Shown: positions 38,438 to 50,223, counted from the first letter of the stretch. The stretch: 64,000 nt of DNA from Candidatus Lloydbacteria bacterium (GCA_043719805.1 JAYSTI010000001.1:80230-144229); one strand, 5' to 3'. The notes: generated by a model not told the origin, from the letters alone. Numbers and translations are program-made.

Positions 38438-38487
38438 AAAGCAAAACGCGCAACGATGTTGCGTGTTTTTTTATTACACCGCATCCG

Positions 38488-39129
38488 TTAGTGCGTCTCC
38501 GCCAAATGCGCGTCATCGTTCCACGTGATGACCTTCCATTTATTTCCCTCTCCTCTTTCCGAATCAAAGACACAGTGAGTGATGCCCGTGTTGCTCAGCT
38601 TCATCGTCATGCAAATTCTTTTAAATTCCCTAAAGGAAGCCTCCTGTCCGAAAATAATCGCACAGAGTAATGCGTGGAGAAAAAATGAATGCGTAACAAC
38701 CAATACTGACGACTCTTCGCGCGACTCAAGAAGCAGCAACGCGGATTTTGCTCGTGAATTAAGCTGTTCAAACAATTCACCTCCCGGATATCTTTTTTCA
38801 ATACCACCAATCATATCGAGGTGATCCGGACCGCCATCGGCCTGCTTTGGTAGCCCGATAATTGCATTCGGGTAACGATATTCGAGAAAGCGATCGTCTT
38901 TTACAATCGGTTTATTATTCTTTTTTTGAATTGCTTCAGCCGTTTTAAAGGCTCGTTGGTAGGTGCTTGTAAAAATCATCTCGAAATCAAGAGTCGCACA
39001 TCTTGCGGCGCATTCTTCTGCCTGAGAGACTCCCTGTGGAGTAAGCGCAGTATCGTGAGCCAGCGCCGTGTCCGACAAATTGTATTCACTTTGACCATGT
39101 CGCACAAAATAGACGTGCTTCTTGGCCAT
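38488..39129 (-). CDS. Histidine phosphatase (phosphoglycerate mutase family)
   Basis: FVRHGQS, STYQRAFKTA, VLVVTH, LSNTGIT. Confidence 0.9.
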   Translation of the reverse strand: MAKKHVYFVRHGQSEYNLSDTALAHDTALTPQGVSQAEECAARCATLDFEMIFTSTYQRAFKTAEAIQKKNNKPIVKDDRFLEYRYPNAIIGLPKQADGGPDHLDMIGGIEKRYPGGELFEQLNSRAKSALLLLESREESSVLVVTHSFFLHALLCAIIFGQEASFREFKRICMTMKLSNTGITHCVFDSERGEGNKWKVITWNDDAHLAETH

Positions 39130-39130
39130 A

Positions 39131-41230
<2,100 letters not shown>

Positions 41231-41365
41231 CTATTTTAGATAGATAATTGCCCACTAAAAAGTGAGCAATCTGATGTGGGAAGTATAACAAATTAAAGCA
41301 AGAAACAAAAGCGCAAATTAAGCCAAAAAGTGCCCAATTTGCAACGTATTTTCATCTATATTTTC

Positions 41366-43288
41366 CTATCGCACCTGCCAGTCAGTTTCTCTGTTGCACG
41401 CGAGGGTAACGCGCTCCATGATGGCGCCCACTTCATCGTCGGTGAGCGTGCGCTCGAACGATTGGAATACCATGCGGTAACCATAGGAAACGCGATTCTC
41501 GTCGGGCTTCCGGAATTTATCAAATTGCGCAAATCGCACGACCAACTCCCCTGCTTCTTTTTTTAATAGCGTTTCAATATATTCCTCTGTCACCTCCTGT
41601 GGAACAAAGATGGCAATGTCACGAACGATGAATGGATATGCGGAGAGTGTTTTGTAACGCATTTCTATTTCCTCGCCGAGCAGCGCATCATAGTGCTCCG
41701 GCTCGGGAAGACCTTTAATACTTGCGTCAAAATCAATTTCTATAACAAGTCCGTCCGCTTCATCAAGCTCACTTACGGAAACCATCGTTGCGCCGATTGC
41801 ACTCTCGAGTGCGGGCAACAGTGCTCGCAATTCTTCTTTTGCCGCTACTATTTTTTTCTTCCCGGATGTGCGTACGCCGAGGGCGAGCGACATTTTTTCA
41901 CCTTCGGCGGGAAAAATATTTCCAAATTCAAATATATGCACGTCGTGTATTCCGATAAGCGGGGCATTCAAAAAATTCACCGCAAGGGAACGCCAGAGAC
42001 CGGTCGCGAGTATTCTCCGCATAAATGGTCTGTCATTTCCTACGGGGTGCAGCACTCCGATTTCCCCCTCTCCCGGTCGGGCAAATGAATACGTGAATAC
42101 TTCAGAAAATCCTTGTTCTACCAAAAATTTTCGCACCTTATTCGCGTAATACATACGCTTATGCGGAACACCTTTTCGCAGCAACGTCGGAAGTAGCGGC
42201 ACAATACTTTCGTAGCCGACATGTCGTCCAACCTCTTCAATCATGTCCTCTTTGATGCGCAAATCAAGACGTTCCTCCGGCGCGGTCACAATAAACACTT
42301 CGCCACTTTTCTCGTACTTGTGGCCTGCGCGAGTGAGAACTTTGGAGAGGTCATCCGCTGAGAGAGTAAGTCCGAGCAAGTGGTTCACGTCGTTGACAGA
42401 TACGGAAACAAACAAAAGCTCTTCAGGGGAAGGGTAGGTGTCTGTCGTCTGCCCGACCGCGACACCCTCACCGCCATAGAGTGCGAGAAGCGAGAGTGCG
42501 AGATCACAACCCTCCTTTGCGAACGCGGACGTCATGCCATTTTCATAGCGCTTTGATGCGTCGGTCTTGATGTTATGTTTTTGGGAAGTTTTCCGCGTCA
42601 GGGTCGGATCAAAATTTGCACATTCAAGAATGATACTTTTTGTTTCAGCAGTGACTTCGGCCTTCTTGCCGCCCTTAATTCCCGCAAGCGCGAGCACGCC
42701 CTCATCGTCCGCAATGACCAACTCCGTTCCGAGGAACGTAAGGGCCTTGCTGTCAAGCGTCGTCATCATCTCCCCCGCACGCGCCAAGCGCACAGTGATT
42801 CCTCCTGCAACTTTTTCCGCATCAAATGCATGCAATGGTTGCCCGATATCAAAAAGGACGAAGTTCGTGATATCAACGATGTTGTTGATACTCCTACCAC
42901 CAGCAGCTTCAACCTTTGCCGCCATCTCTTTTGGTGTCGCTCCGATGGTGACATTGTCGACTCGAGTCGCGATATAGCGCTGGCAGAGCTTCGCATCATC
43001 GATGGTTACTCGAACAAGCGGAACCCCCGCATCTCGCTGCACCTCGTCGTATTTCCGTTCTTTGCGCGACACTCCAAGCAGTGCGCCAATCTCCCGCGCC
43101 ATACCACGATGACTGAGTGCATCGTGCGCACGGTCCGGCAATACCTTGATTTCTAGTATCGTGTCGCCACCCTTCTCCTCTATCTCCTCAATTTCGAATG
43201 CCCGAAGAGTCACCTCACGCGCGATGGTCGTAATGTCGGGTAGCGGAGTCGCTAAATGCTCCTGAAGCCAGTTGAGAGAGTATTTCAT
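41366..43288 (-). CDS. pheT: Phenylalanine--tRNA ligase beta subunit (short form)
   Basis: PDRAHDALSHRGMARE, NNIVDITNFV, DMIEEVGR, RDIA...ERTLTDDEV. Confidence 0.95.
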   Translation of the reverse strand: MKYSLNWLQEHLATPLPDITTIAREVTLRAFEIEEIEEKGGDTILEIKVLPDRAHDALSHRGMAREIGALLGVSRKERKYDEVQRDAGVPLVRVTIDDAKLCQRYIATRVDNVTIGATPKEMAAKVEAAGGRSINNIVDITNFVLFDIGQPLHAFDAEKVAGGITVRLARAGEMMTTLDSKALTFLGTELVIADDEGVLALAGIKGGKKAEVTAETKSIILECANFDPTLTRKTSQKHNIKTDASKRYENGMTSAFAKEGCDLALSLLALYGGEGVAVGQTTDTYPSPEELLFVSVSVNDVNHLLGLTLSADDLSKVLTRAGHKYEKSGEVFIVTAPEERLDLRIKEDMIEEVGRHVGYESIVPLLPTLLRKGVPHKRMYYANKVRKFLVEQGFSEVFTYSFARPGEGEIGVLHPVGNDRPFMRRILATGLWRSLAVNFLNAPLIGIHDVHIFEFGNIFPAEGEKMSLALGVRTSGKKKIVAAKEELRALLPALESAIGATMVSVSELDEADGLVIEIDFDASIKGLPEPEHYDALLGEEIEMRYKTLSAYPFIVRDIAIFVPQEVTEEYIETLLKKEAGELVVRFAQFDKFRKPDENRVSYGYRMVFQSFERTLTDDEVGAIMERVTLACNRETDWQVR

Positions 43289-43716
43289 ATAAGTTTCAGG
43301 GTCGCCGCGAGCTTTTCGGATAAATGAGCATTGATGTTATCGGGCAATGTCCTTTTTACTCCAAATGCTTCAGAAAGATAATGATGTCCGAAGTTAGGGT
43401 CGCTGAATTTCTCACCTAATACCACAATCGGCTCTTTGTACCGAGGACGCAAGTGCCAATGCACCCTCGGTCTCTCTCCGTCCCTGTATGCATCATTCAT
43501 GAGGCAAGAATAATTAAACATGGTCGCGTTGAATTCGCGACGATAGAAATCCTCGAGATGCTTTACTATATTAAAAAAATCTAATTGCTCTTCCTGCGAA
43601 ATATCACCGAGCGCTGTTTTGTCACTCAATAAAACAATAACTAGTCGCCCAAAATATGCCTGGTTGTCAGACAAAATTATTTTCCAATATTTTGTTTCGA
43701 AGAGACTGCTGTTCAT
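43285..43716 (-). CDS. HIT family protein
   Basis: FNYSCLMN...VHWHLRPRY; lies between pheS and pheT. Confidence 0.8.
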   Translation of the reverse strand: MNSSLFETKYWKIILSDNQAYFGRLVIVLLSDKTALGDISQEEQLDFFNIVKHLEDFYRREFNATMFNYSCLMNDAYRDGERPRVHWHLRPRYKEPIVVLGEKFSDPNFGHHYLSEAFGVKRTLPDNINAHLSEKLAATLKLI

Positions 43717-43717
43717 A

Positions 43718-44581
43718 TTAGAATTGATTCACGACACGCAGGTCGCCGCTATACAAAAGTCGAATGTCATCAATGCCCCACTTCAACATGGCGAGTCGGT
43801 CGATGCCGCCGCCGAAAGCAAAGCCCTGATATATGGAGCTATCGACTCCGCAGTTTTCAAGTACGTTAGGATGCACCATGCCGGATCCCATTATTTCTAT
43901 CCAACCTGACTGCTTACAAACTCCGCATCCTTTTCCTTCACACTTAAAACATTGCATGTCTATTTCCGCCGAGGGTTCAGTGAACGGGAAAAAAGAAGCA
44001 CGCAAACGCACTTCAATCTCTTTTCCGAATAACTCCGTAAACAGATGGCGAAGCACCCCCTTCAAATGTGCGAGCGAAATATCTTTTCCGATGAGGAGAC
44101 CTTCGACTTGATGAAACTGTGCTTCATGCGTCGCATCCGTCGCCTCGTTGCGAAACGCCTTGCCCGGGACGACCATCGCGAGCAGGTCGTTCTTGTACCC
44201 TCCCTTCGCCCACATCTGCATTGTGCGAATTTGTACTGGGGAAGTGTGCGTACGGAGAAGGCGGCGTTCGATATCCCCCGCCCCAGGTTTGAGCCCTAAA
44301 CCAGAAGACTGGTCGGTTAAAGCAGTTTGCTGCTCGCCCGATTCGCCTGGCGAATTTAGGGGCGAACCGCTTCCGGGCGGTTTTAGCCAAAACGTATCCT
44401 GCATATCGCGTGACGGATGGTCCTTTGGAACATTGAGCGCATCGAAATTATAGAACTCGGTCTCAATCTCCGGTCCGTCTGCAACATCAAAACCCATCTC
44501 GGTCATGATGACGCAAATACGGTCGATCATTATTGTGAGAGGGTGCAAGTGCCCAGTGATGCTTTTTTCCTCGGCGGTCAT
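43718..44581 (-). CDS. pheS: Phenylalanine--tRNA ligase alpha subunit with ~35-aa insertion
   Basis: GHLHPL, HPSRDMQDTF, LLRTHTSPVQ, FHQVEGL, FPFTEPS, GFAFGGGIDRL. Confidence 0.96.
   Translation of the reverse strand: MTAEEKSITGHLHPLTIMIDRICVIMTEMGFDVADGPEIETEFYNFDALNVPKDHPSRDMQDTFWLKPPGSGSPLNSPGESGEQQTALTDQSSGLGLKPGAGDIERRLLRTHTSPVQIRTMQMWAKGGYKNDLLAMVVPGKAFRNEATDATHEAQFHQVEGLLIGKDISLAHLKGVLRHLFTELFGKEIEVRLRASFFPFTEPSAEIDMQCFKCEGKGCGVCKQSGWIEIMGSGMVHPNVLENCGVDSSIYQGFAFGGGIDRLAMLKWGIDDIRLLYSGDLRVVNQF
44278..44380. repeat. Branched palindromic in-frame insertion within pheS
   Basis: CCGCCC/GGGCGG and CCCTAAA/TTTAGGG stems enclosing three small hairpins. Confidence 0.65.
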
Positions 44582-44646
44582 TGCCCTATTGTATAGAAAA
44601 AGCCCCTCGTTGCAAACGAGAGTCGAAATTACAATGAAGAACAGGA

Positions 44647-44847
44647 TTACTGCTGGTCTGCCTGTGCTGTAGCCTCATTTACTTGTTGTACTTTTTCCGC
44701 AACAAGCCCTCTCTCGTACTTCACGTAAAAATAGAACGCAATTGTGAGCACAAAAAGGGTGAGGGCAAAATAGCGTACAACGAGGCAAATCGTGCATCGT
44801 TTTTTTTCTTCAGGGTCGGGTGTTACTTGATTGGTGTCTATATTCAT
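44647..44847 (-). CDS. Small membrane protein
   Basis: 66 aa, CxxC then TM helix. Confidence 0.55.
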   Translation of the reverse strand: MNIDTNQVTPDPEEKKRCTICLVVRYFALTLFVLTIAFYFYVKYERGLVAEKVQQVNEATAQADQQ

Positions 44848-44887
44848 ATTGACAAAAACATTCTTCTTCGGACGAAGTGTTTTAGGG

Positions 44888-44960
44888 AGCCGCCTCCCAG
44901 ATTCGAACTGGGGACCTTCACTTTACAAAAGTGTTGCTCTACCAACTGAGCTAAGGCGGC
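44888..44960 (-). tRNA. tRNA-Thr(TGT)
   Basis: GCCGCCTTAGCTCAGTTGGTAGAGCAACACTTTTGTAAAGTGAAGGTCCCCAGTTCGAATCTGGGAGGCGGCT cloverleaf; CCA not fully encoded. Confidence 0.95.
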
Positions 44961-45015
44961 ATGGTTAGCAAACTCTGCTAACGCAACTATTTTTATCAGA
45001 AATTCATTCTTTTGG

Positions 45016-45390
45016 CTACATCGAACGGCTACTATTCTCGCGCTCCACGTCCCGCTCCTTATGTTCCGCAATTTGTTTCAAGAAAAATGATGACGCACGA
45101 CCCTTTTCTGATTGAATGCGGCCATAAACACGACTGATGAAAAGGTCTTGCCCACGCTTGACCATTACGAGTCCGGCACTGAGTGAGCGTTGTCCATGTG
45201 GCTTTGCTGCATCAAGTAATTTGTAAAAATCACGATGAAGTGTCGTGATCTCTCTTGAGACCACGTCACCTAATCGGATCTGACTTTGTTCGTTGACGTT
45301 TTCTTGTCTCCCCGCATTCTTGCGTGCATAGACAACAATGCAGAGGAGCGTGAGCGCTGAAACTATCCAAATAATGAGGAGCGTCGACAT
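45016..45390 (-). CDS. Hypothetical membrane-anchored protein
   Basis: N-terminal TM, SSFFLKQIAEHK C-terminus. Confidence 0.7.
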   Translation of the reverse strand: MSTLLIIWIVSALTLLCIVVYARKNAGRQENVNEQSQIRLGDVVSREITTLHRDFYKLLDAAKPHGQRSLSAGLVMVKRGQDLFISRVYGRIQSEKGRASSFFLKQIAEHKERDVERENSSRSM

Positions 45391-45399
45391 GGATTTTTA

Positions 45400-45999
45400 C
45401 TACTTTCCAACAGCAAATCGCTCAAAGCGCACAATCTCCGTATTCTCTCCAAATTTCTGTACTGCTGTTTTGATGAGGTCTCCTATAGTGACTTCGCCGT
45501 TTTTGACGAAAGGCTGGTCAACAAGAACCATTTCCTTGAAGTACACCTCGAGCTTTCCTGCAAGTGCTTTCTCTTTGATTGCCTCCGGCTTTCCCGCCAT
45601 CGTCTTTGCAACCTCTTCGGCGAAGAAGGCTTTTGCCTTTTCCTTGTCCGCCTCGGTGATGCCTGCCTGAGTCAAAAATTTTGGACGCATTGCCGCAACA
45701 TGCATTGCGATGTCATAGGCAAGCTTCTTGAAATCTTCATTCTTTGCAACGAAGTCTGTTTCGCAACCAAGCTCCACCATTGCGCCCACTGAGCCGTTTC
45801 CGTGTATATAAGCCGCAACAACCCCTGAGGCCAGCGCACGCTCACTCTTTTTGGCGGCAAGCTCCCCGCTCTTCTTGCGGAGCGCCATGCGTGCCTTCTC
45901 CATATCTCCACCGGTCTCTTCAAGCGCCTTCTTGCATTGCATGACCGCAACACCGGTCTCATCTCGTAATGCCTTGATCTGTTCCATTCCAATTTCCAT
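45400..45999 (-). CDS. tsf: Elongation factor Ts (short form)
   Basis: IKALRDETG...CKKALEE, ELGCETDFVA, QPFVKN, RFERF. Confidence 0.95.
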   Translation of the reverse strand: MEIGMEQIKALRDETGVAVMQCKKALEETGGDMEKARMALRKKSGELAAKKSERALASGVVAAYIHGNGSVGAMVELGCETDFVAKNEDFKKLAYDIAMHVAAMRPKFLTQAGITEADKEKAKAFFAEEVAKTMAGKPEAIKEKALAGKLEVYFKEMVLVDQPFVKNGEVTIGDLIKTAVQKFGENTEIVRFERFAVGK

Positions 46000-46039
46000 A
46001 TGTTTTTTCAATTAATGAACAAAAAATAAGTTGACGGAA

Positions 46040-46161
46040 GGCTTTCAAATTCAGACGAAGTTCGAGGCGTCGAGACCTCTGTGTCCGAGAGGACATAGTC
46101 TGCCTATGTTCTCCGGACCGGAGGTCGATGACAACGACGAAATTCGCTGAATTTGGGAGCC
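46040..46161 (+). repeat. Palindromic element family 1, copy F (rpsB-tsf spacer)
   Basis: IR GGCTTTCAAATTCAG/CTGAATTTGGGAGCC; arms GACGAAGTTCGAGGCGT / CAACGACGAAATTCGC. Confidence 0.87.
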
Positions 46162-46165
46162 GTAA

Positions 46166-46861
46166 CTAGACGATGCGAGCCTTCTTGCCCGCTTCGTATG
46201 CTGCGGAAAGTTCCGCCATGAAATACTTCACAGAAAGAAGTGCTGAATCATTGGCAAGAATCGGGTACGTAATCTTTGATGCATCGCAGTCAGAATTGAG
46301 GAGAGCAATCGTCTCTACCTTCATCTTGTTGGCCTCCTTCACGGCAATATGCTCTTCGCGAGGGTCAACGATGATGATGGCACCCGGTGCACCCTCAAGT
46401 GAGGCGATTCCACCGAACTCCGTCTGAAGCCTGCCCATCTCGCGCTCAAACAAAAGTTTTTCCATCTTGGTATATTTGTCGAGCTCTCCCTTTGAAAACA
46501 TATCGGACAATTCCTTCAAGCGTCCAGTACGCTTCTTGATTTCGTTCCAGTTTGTAAGCATTCCGCCGACCCAACGCTCGGTGACGTAAGGCATGTTGAG
46601 AGACTTTGCAGCATCTTCAACGATTCCTTTTATCTCCTGCTTTGTCCCGACGAAAAGGACGTTCTTCCCAAGTTTTCCAAGTTCCATGACGCGTGCCTTC
46701 GCGACATCGAGCAACTTTGCAGTCTCGGTTAGGTCAATAATATCAACTCCGTTCTTTGACCCAAACAAGTAGGGTTTGACGGAGGCATGACGACGCGCTC
46801 GGGAATATCCGAAGTGTGCGCCGACATTAAACATTGCTTCTATTGCGGTATTTTCTGTCAT
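46166..46861 (-). CDS. rpsB: 30S ribosomal protein S2
   Basis: GAHFG, LFVGTK, RWVGGMLTN, ANDSA. Confidence 0.97.
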   Translation of the reverse strand: MTENTAIEAMFNVGAHFGYSRARRHASVKPYLFGSKNGVDIIDLTETAKLLDVAKARVMELGKLGKNVLFVGTKQEIKGIVEDAAKSLNMPYVTERWVGGMLTNWNEIKKRTGRLKELSDMFSKGELDKYTKMEKLLFEREMGRLQTEFGGIASLEGAPGAIIIVDPREEHIAVKEANKMKVETIALLNSDCDASKITYPILANDSALLSVKYFMAELSAAYEAGKKARIV

Positions 46862-46989
46862 ATTGCTATGTCGCAAAACTATTAATAAGTGGGGTCATGC
46901 TATCAAAATTAGTCCATTTTCGCAAGCAAAACTCGACAAGCGCGGAAAGTTATTGTAGCGTAACAAAAGACTTCGGAAGGTGAGGGCGT

Positions 46990-47496
46990 ATGCCTAAAAT
47001 AACATATGAATTTGTCTCCTTCATCCATCACGTCTGGATGTTCCTCTTCATGTACGGATGGCTACTCATCCACGCAAAAGCTCGCTATGGCATCATGTAT
47101 GCAGGTGTTCTTCTCTCAACCATTGCAGCATGGAAAATCTGGAATAACACATGCCCAATAACCATTCTTGAGGACGCGCTCAAATACACAGGTGACGGTG
47201 AGCAGATTCCGAGCATTCTTCTTGAGCGCTGGGACCTCACCGGTGCATTTTGCTTCGCACTTCTACTCGCGGTGTCATTCATAGCTTCGGCATATAAATG
47301 GTGGGGAAAATTACCAAGCGGATCATCTGCTCATTACTTTCGAACAAATTCGCTCGGGCTGGTCGGGGTGATTGCCGTACTCTCTCTCACTCTCCGAGAA
47401 TTCGGCAATGCATTACTTCTCGCAAACATTGCTGTCGGTTGCATTGTCGCGATAGTCGGACTGGGGCTTAATTTCGGACGAAAACAAGTGTGCTAA
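46990..47496 (+). CDS. Hypothetical membrane protein
   Basis: Multiple TMs, CPITILED motif. Confidence 0.7.
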   Translation: MPKITYEFVSFIHHVWMFLFMYGWLLIHAKARYGIMYAGVLLSTIAAWKIWNNTCPITILEDALKYTGDGEQIPSILLERWDLTGAFCFALLLAVSFIASAYKWWGKLPSGSSAHYFRTNSLGLVGVIAVLSLTLREFGNALLLANIAVGCIVAIVGLGLNFGRKQVC

Positions 47497-47538
47497 ACCA
47501 CGGTGTGGACTCTCATGTCCGCACTGTTTTATTTTTTA

Positions 47539-47647
47539 CTACTCATCACCCCCCTCCTCCCCGCTTCCCATCTCCCCGCTTGTCGCGCGCTCTGCTATTG
47601 TTTCGAGCATTTCATTGACGTCTCCAGCGAAGATGGCGTCGATGTTG
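47539..47647 (-). pseudogene. Divergent duplicate of the prfA 3' end
   Basis: Encodes [35 protein letters not shown] versus prf[36 protein letters not shown]. Confidence 0.88.
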
Positions 47648-47701
47648 GTGGCTGAAAAAAACGAACGCCAATCTTTTTGAGCGAGAGCGGTACATCATTT
47701 C

Positions 47702-47767
47702 GGAGTGCCACAAGGGTACTTCTTGCTTTTCTAATTCGCTCTGCTCATAAGAAAACAATGTCGCTCC
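47702..47767 (+). repeat. Family-2 mini-element copy
   Basis: CCACAAGGGTACTTC + hairpin + GTCGCTC, as in the inserts at 8692..8748 and 8777..8832. Confidence 0.6.
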
Positions 47768-47881
47768 ACAGACGAATTGCTTGGTTCGACAGTCTTGCTG
47801 GCAAAATTCGTCGAGGACCGCCTGCTCGCCCCGCAGGAGGGCGAGCGGGTTGCTCCGAAATGATATACAGCACGAGCGAAA

Positions 47882-48142
47882 CTATTCGTACAACTCTGAG
47901 TGTGTCCCCAATGCAAACAAAAGCACGGCTTCGTCGTCCACCATCCTATATACGACACGCAGGTCGCCACTGACATTCAGGCTACGATAATTTGCATACT
48001 CGCCGTGAAGTTTGTGGTTTTGAAGCTGCGGATGATACGACTCCTCCACAAAAAGAAGTAGGCGCGCATCCACTTGTGTCTGTGTTTTTTGTGAAAGCTT
48101 TTTGTATTGCTTCCGAAACTGCGGAGAATAAACAAAGTGCAT
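47882..48142 (-). CDS. Type II toxin, RelE/YafQ superfamily
   Basis: FRKQYKKL, LQNHKLHG, RSLNVSGDLRVVY, GTHSELY. Confidence 0.9.
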   Translation of the reverse strand: MHFVYSPQFRKQYKKLSQKTQTQVDARLLLFVEESYHPQLQNHKLHGEYANYRSLNVSGDLRVVYRMVDDEAVLLFALGTHSELYE

Positions 48143-48145
48143 TGT

Positions 48146-48418
48146 TTATTTCTTAAGGTCGGTGAGCATTGCATCCATGGACTTGAATTCCTTGGAGAAC
48201 TTCCCTGCTTCGTGATCCTGCTCGGCGAGTAAAAGCACATCGCGTAAATAGGCAGAGGGTTTATATGATGCGGAAATGGTGATAGATCGCTCACGCACAA
48301 ATTGACGCAAAAATGCATTCACAACCGTGCCAAGTGAAAGCCCCAGCTCTTCTGCTGTTTCTTTTGCAGACTGCTTCAACGAGACATCTGTTTTGACCGA
48401 CAGGAGTGTTTTAGACAT
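48146..48418 (-). CDS. Type II antitoxin, RelB/DinJ-like
   Basis: LLSVKTD..LK..A...AEELGLSLGTVVNAFLRQFVRE ribbon-helix-helix pattern; directly upstream of toxin. Confidence 0.88.
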   Translation of the reverse strand: MSKTLLSVKTDVSLKQSAKETAEELGLSLGTVVNAFLRQFVRERSITISASYKPSAYLRDVLLLAEQDHEAGKFSKEFKSMDAMLTDLKK

Positions 48419-48419
48419 A

Positions 48420-48441
48420 TACCAAAGTATATACTTTGGTA
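48420..48441. promoter_or_regulatory. Perfect 22-bp palindromic operator overlapping the TA -10 box
   Basis: TACCAAAGTATATACTTTGGTA, 1 nt from antitoxin ATG. Confidence 0.8.
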
Positions 48442-48556
48442 ATTCTCTGTCAATCTCCGCACCACAGCCCTCACTGTTGACAGAACATAATAAATTTGAT
48501 ATAATGTATCGGTATTTCGTAGAGTCCTTTTCGCAAACAAGTCTGGAGCCTACCCT

Positions 48557-48820
48557 ATGAAACTGTGGAATTTTTTGGCCCAAAATGGCCTGCAAGTCCT
48601 GCTTGGTGGCGACCCTGATCTGGGATACGTTGCCACCATCGCCCCGTTCGACGGCAAGTTGCACAGTGCCGCAACAACCGCCGAAGTCCACCCTCATGCC
48701 TCTGGGCTCACTCCGCGCAAGGTGCTCATGGACCTCGCCAAGCAACTCGAGCGTTGCAAGGTGGTCCGCACAACCGCGCCCAAAAAGACGGTAACGGCCA
48801 ACACGCTCTCTGTCGACTGA
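48557..48820 (+). CDS. Hypothetical protein
   Basis: 87 aa; TTGACA-17-TATAAT consensus promoter and GGAG SD. Confidence 0.6.
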   Translation: MKLWNFLAQNGLQVLLGGDPDLGYVATIAPFDGKLHSAATTAEVHPHASGLTPRKVLMDLAKQLERCKVVRTTAPKKTVTANTLSVD

Positions 48821-48892
48821 GCAGTCCAACAGAGGGCACCGAACCGCTAGCTTGCTAGCGGTTTCATTTTTTGTGTTTCCCGCAAAAGGCCT

Positions 48893-49882
48893 TTAGTCAT
48901 CATCCCCCGCTTCTGCGCTTCCCATCTCCCCGCTTGTTGCGCGCTCACTAATTGTTTCGAGCATTGCACTGATGTCACCACCAAAGATGCCGTCGATGTT
49001 GTGCCAGGATTCTTTGATGCGGTGGTCGGTCACGCGGTTTTGCGGGACGTTGTAGGTGCGAATTTTTTCTGAACGATCGCCCGACCCGATTACGGAGCGT
49101 GCGTCGGCATTCTTCTTCAACTCCTCTTCGTCGTTCAATTGCTCAAGTTTTGCCGCGAGGATAGACATCGCCTTCTCGCGATTCTTGAGCTGTGAGCGCT
49201 CCACCGAGCAGTGCACGTGGATGTTTGTCGGTTTGTGGACCAAGTGTACAGCAGTCTCCACTTTGTTCACGTTCTGTCCGCCTGCGCCGCCTGAGCGGGT
49301 GTAGGACATTTCAAGATCGGATTGATTGATGACCACCTTCGCCTTCTTTCGGATGGGGAGCACGATGACAGATGCGGTCGATGTGTGAATACGGCCTGAC
49401 TTTTCTGTCGCAGGAATACGCTGAATGCGATGCACGCCGGTCTCCCACTTCATCATGTCAAATACTCCGTTACCGGTTACCTCAAATGTTGCTTCTTTGT
49501 ATCCCCCCATTTCGCTCTCCGACTCATCAACGACCTTCCATCCCCAACCTTTTGATTCCACAAAGCGCTGATACATGAGCGCCAAGTCTTGTGCAAATAT
49601 TGCCGCCTCCTCCCCGCCCACGCCGGCGCGCACCTCAAGAATAACTTCGCGCGGTTTTTCTTCAGCAACAACATCCTCTTTCAGAATGTATTCCATCTTC
49701 GTGACCAAGTCTTTCATGCTTGCTTCGTGTGTCGCAATATCTTCTTTTGCCATTGCATCCATTTCGGGATCTACGCCAAGTAAAGCTTTGGCGCTTTCCA
49801 ATTCAGCAGAAAACCGCTCGTATTCATCCACGAGATATTTCGTTTTGTAATTTTCTTTGAATTTTGTCAAATCGGGTTCCAT
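48893..49882 (-). CDS. prfA: Peptide chain release factor 1
   Basis: [12 protein letters not shown] (PxT), [18 protein letters not shown]. Confidence 0.96.
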   Translation of the reverse strand: MEPDLTKFKENYKTKYLVDEYERFSAELESAKALLGVDPEMDAMAKEDIATHEASMKDLVTKMEYILKEDVVAEEKPREVILEVRAGVGGEEAAIFAQDLALMYQRFVESKGWGWKVVDESESEMGGYKEATFEVTGNGVFDMMKWETGVHRIQRIPATEKSGRIHTSTASVIVLPIRKKAKVVINQSDLEMSYTRSGGAGGQNVNKVETAVHLVHKPTNIHVHCSVERSQLKNREKAMSILAAKLEQLNDEEELKKNADARSVIGSGDRSEKIRTYNVPQNRVTDHRIKESWHNIDGIFGGDISAMLETISERATSGEMGSAEAGDDD

Positions 49883-49959
49883 GAATTATCAGTATAACGT
49901 AAATAAATTTTACAGCGAAAAACCCGCACGACGAATTGTGTGCGGGCTCTCCAAGATAG

Positions 49960-50223
49960 CTATTTCTTTTCTTTTTTTGGCTTTGCGGATGCGGCTCGTG
50001 TCTTGAAGCGCTCGACGCGTCCTGCCATGTCCATTGCCTTTTCCTTTCCGGTGAAGAGCGGATGGCACTGCGAGCAGATTTCCATGTCGATTTTCTCCAT
50101 CGTGGAACCGACTGTCATTTCTGCGCCACATGCGCATGTCGCTTTTGCAGTCGGAAAATACTTGAGGTTAAACTCAACTTTCTTCTCCGGCTTCTTGTCT
50201 CTTTTTACTTGTGCTGTTGCCAT
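49960..50223 (-). CDS. rpmE: 50S ribosomal protein L31
   Basis: CACG...EICSQCHPLFTG...GRVERF. Confidence 0.95.
   Translation of the reverse strand: MATAQVKRDKKPEKKVEFNLKYFPTAKATCACGAEMTVGSTMEKIDMEICSQCHPLFTGKEKAMDMAGRVERFKTRAASAKPKKEKK

Noticed and set aside
46040-46161. Ribosomal-protein autoregulatory leader
   Set aside because: It lies downstream of rpsB, and homologs occur at unrelated loci in both orientations.
48419-48829. 227-aa version of the antitoxin ORF
   Set aside because: The RelB-like sequence starts at 48418; the upstream part spans the operator, promoter and an opposite-strand gene.
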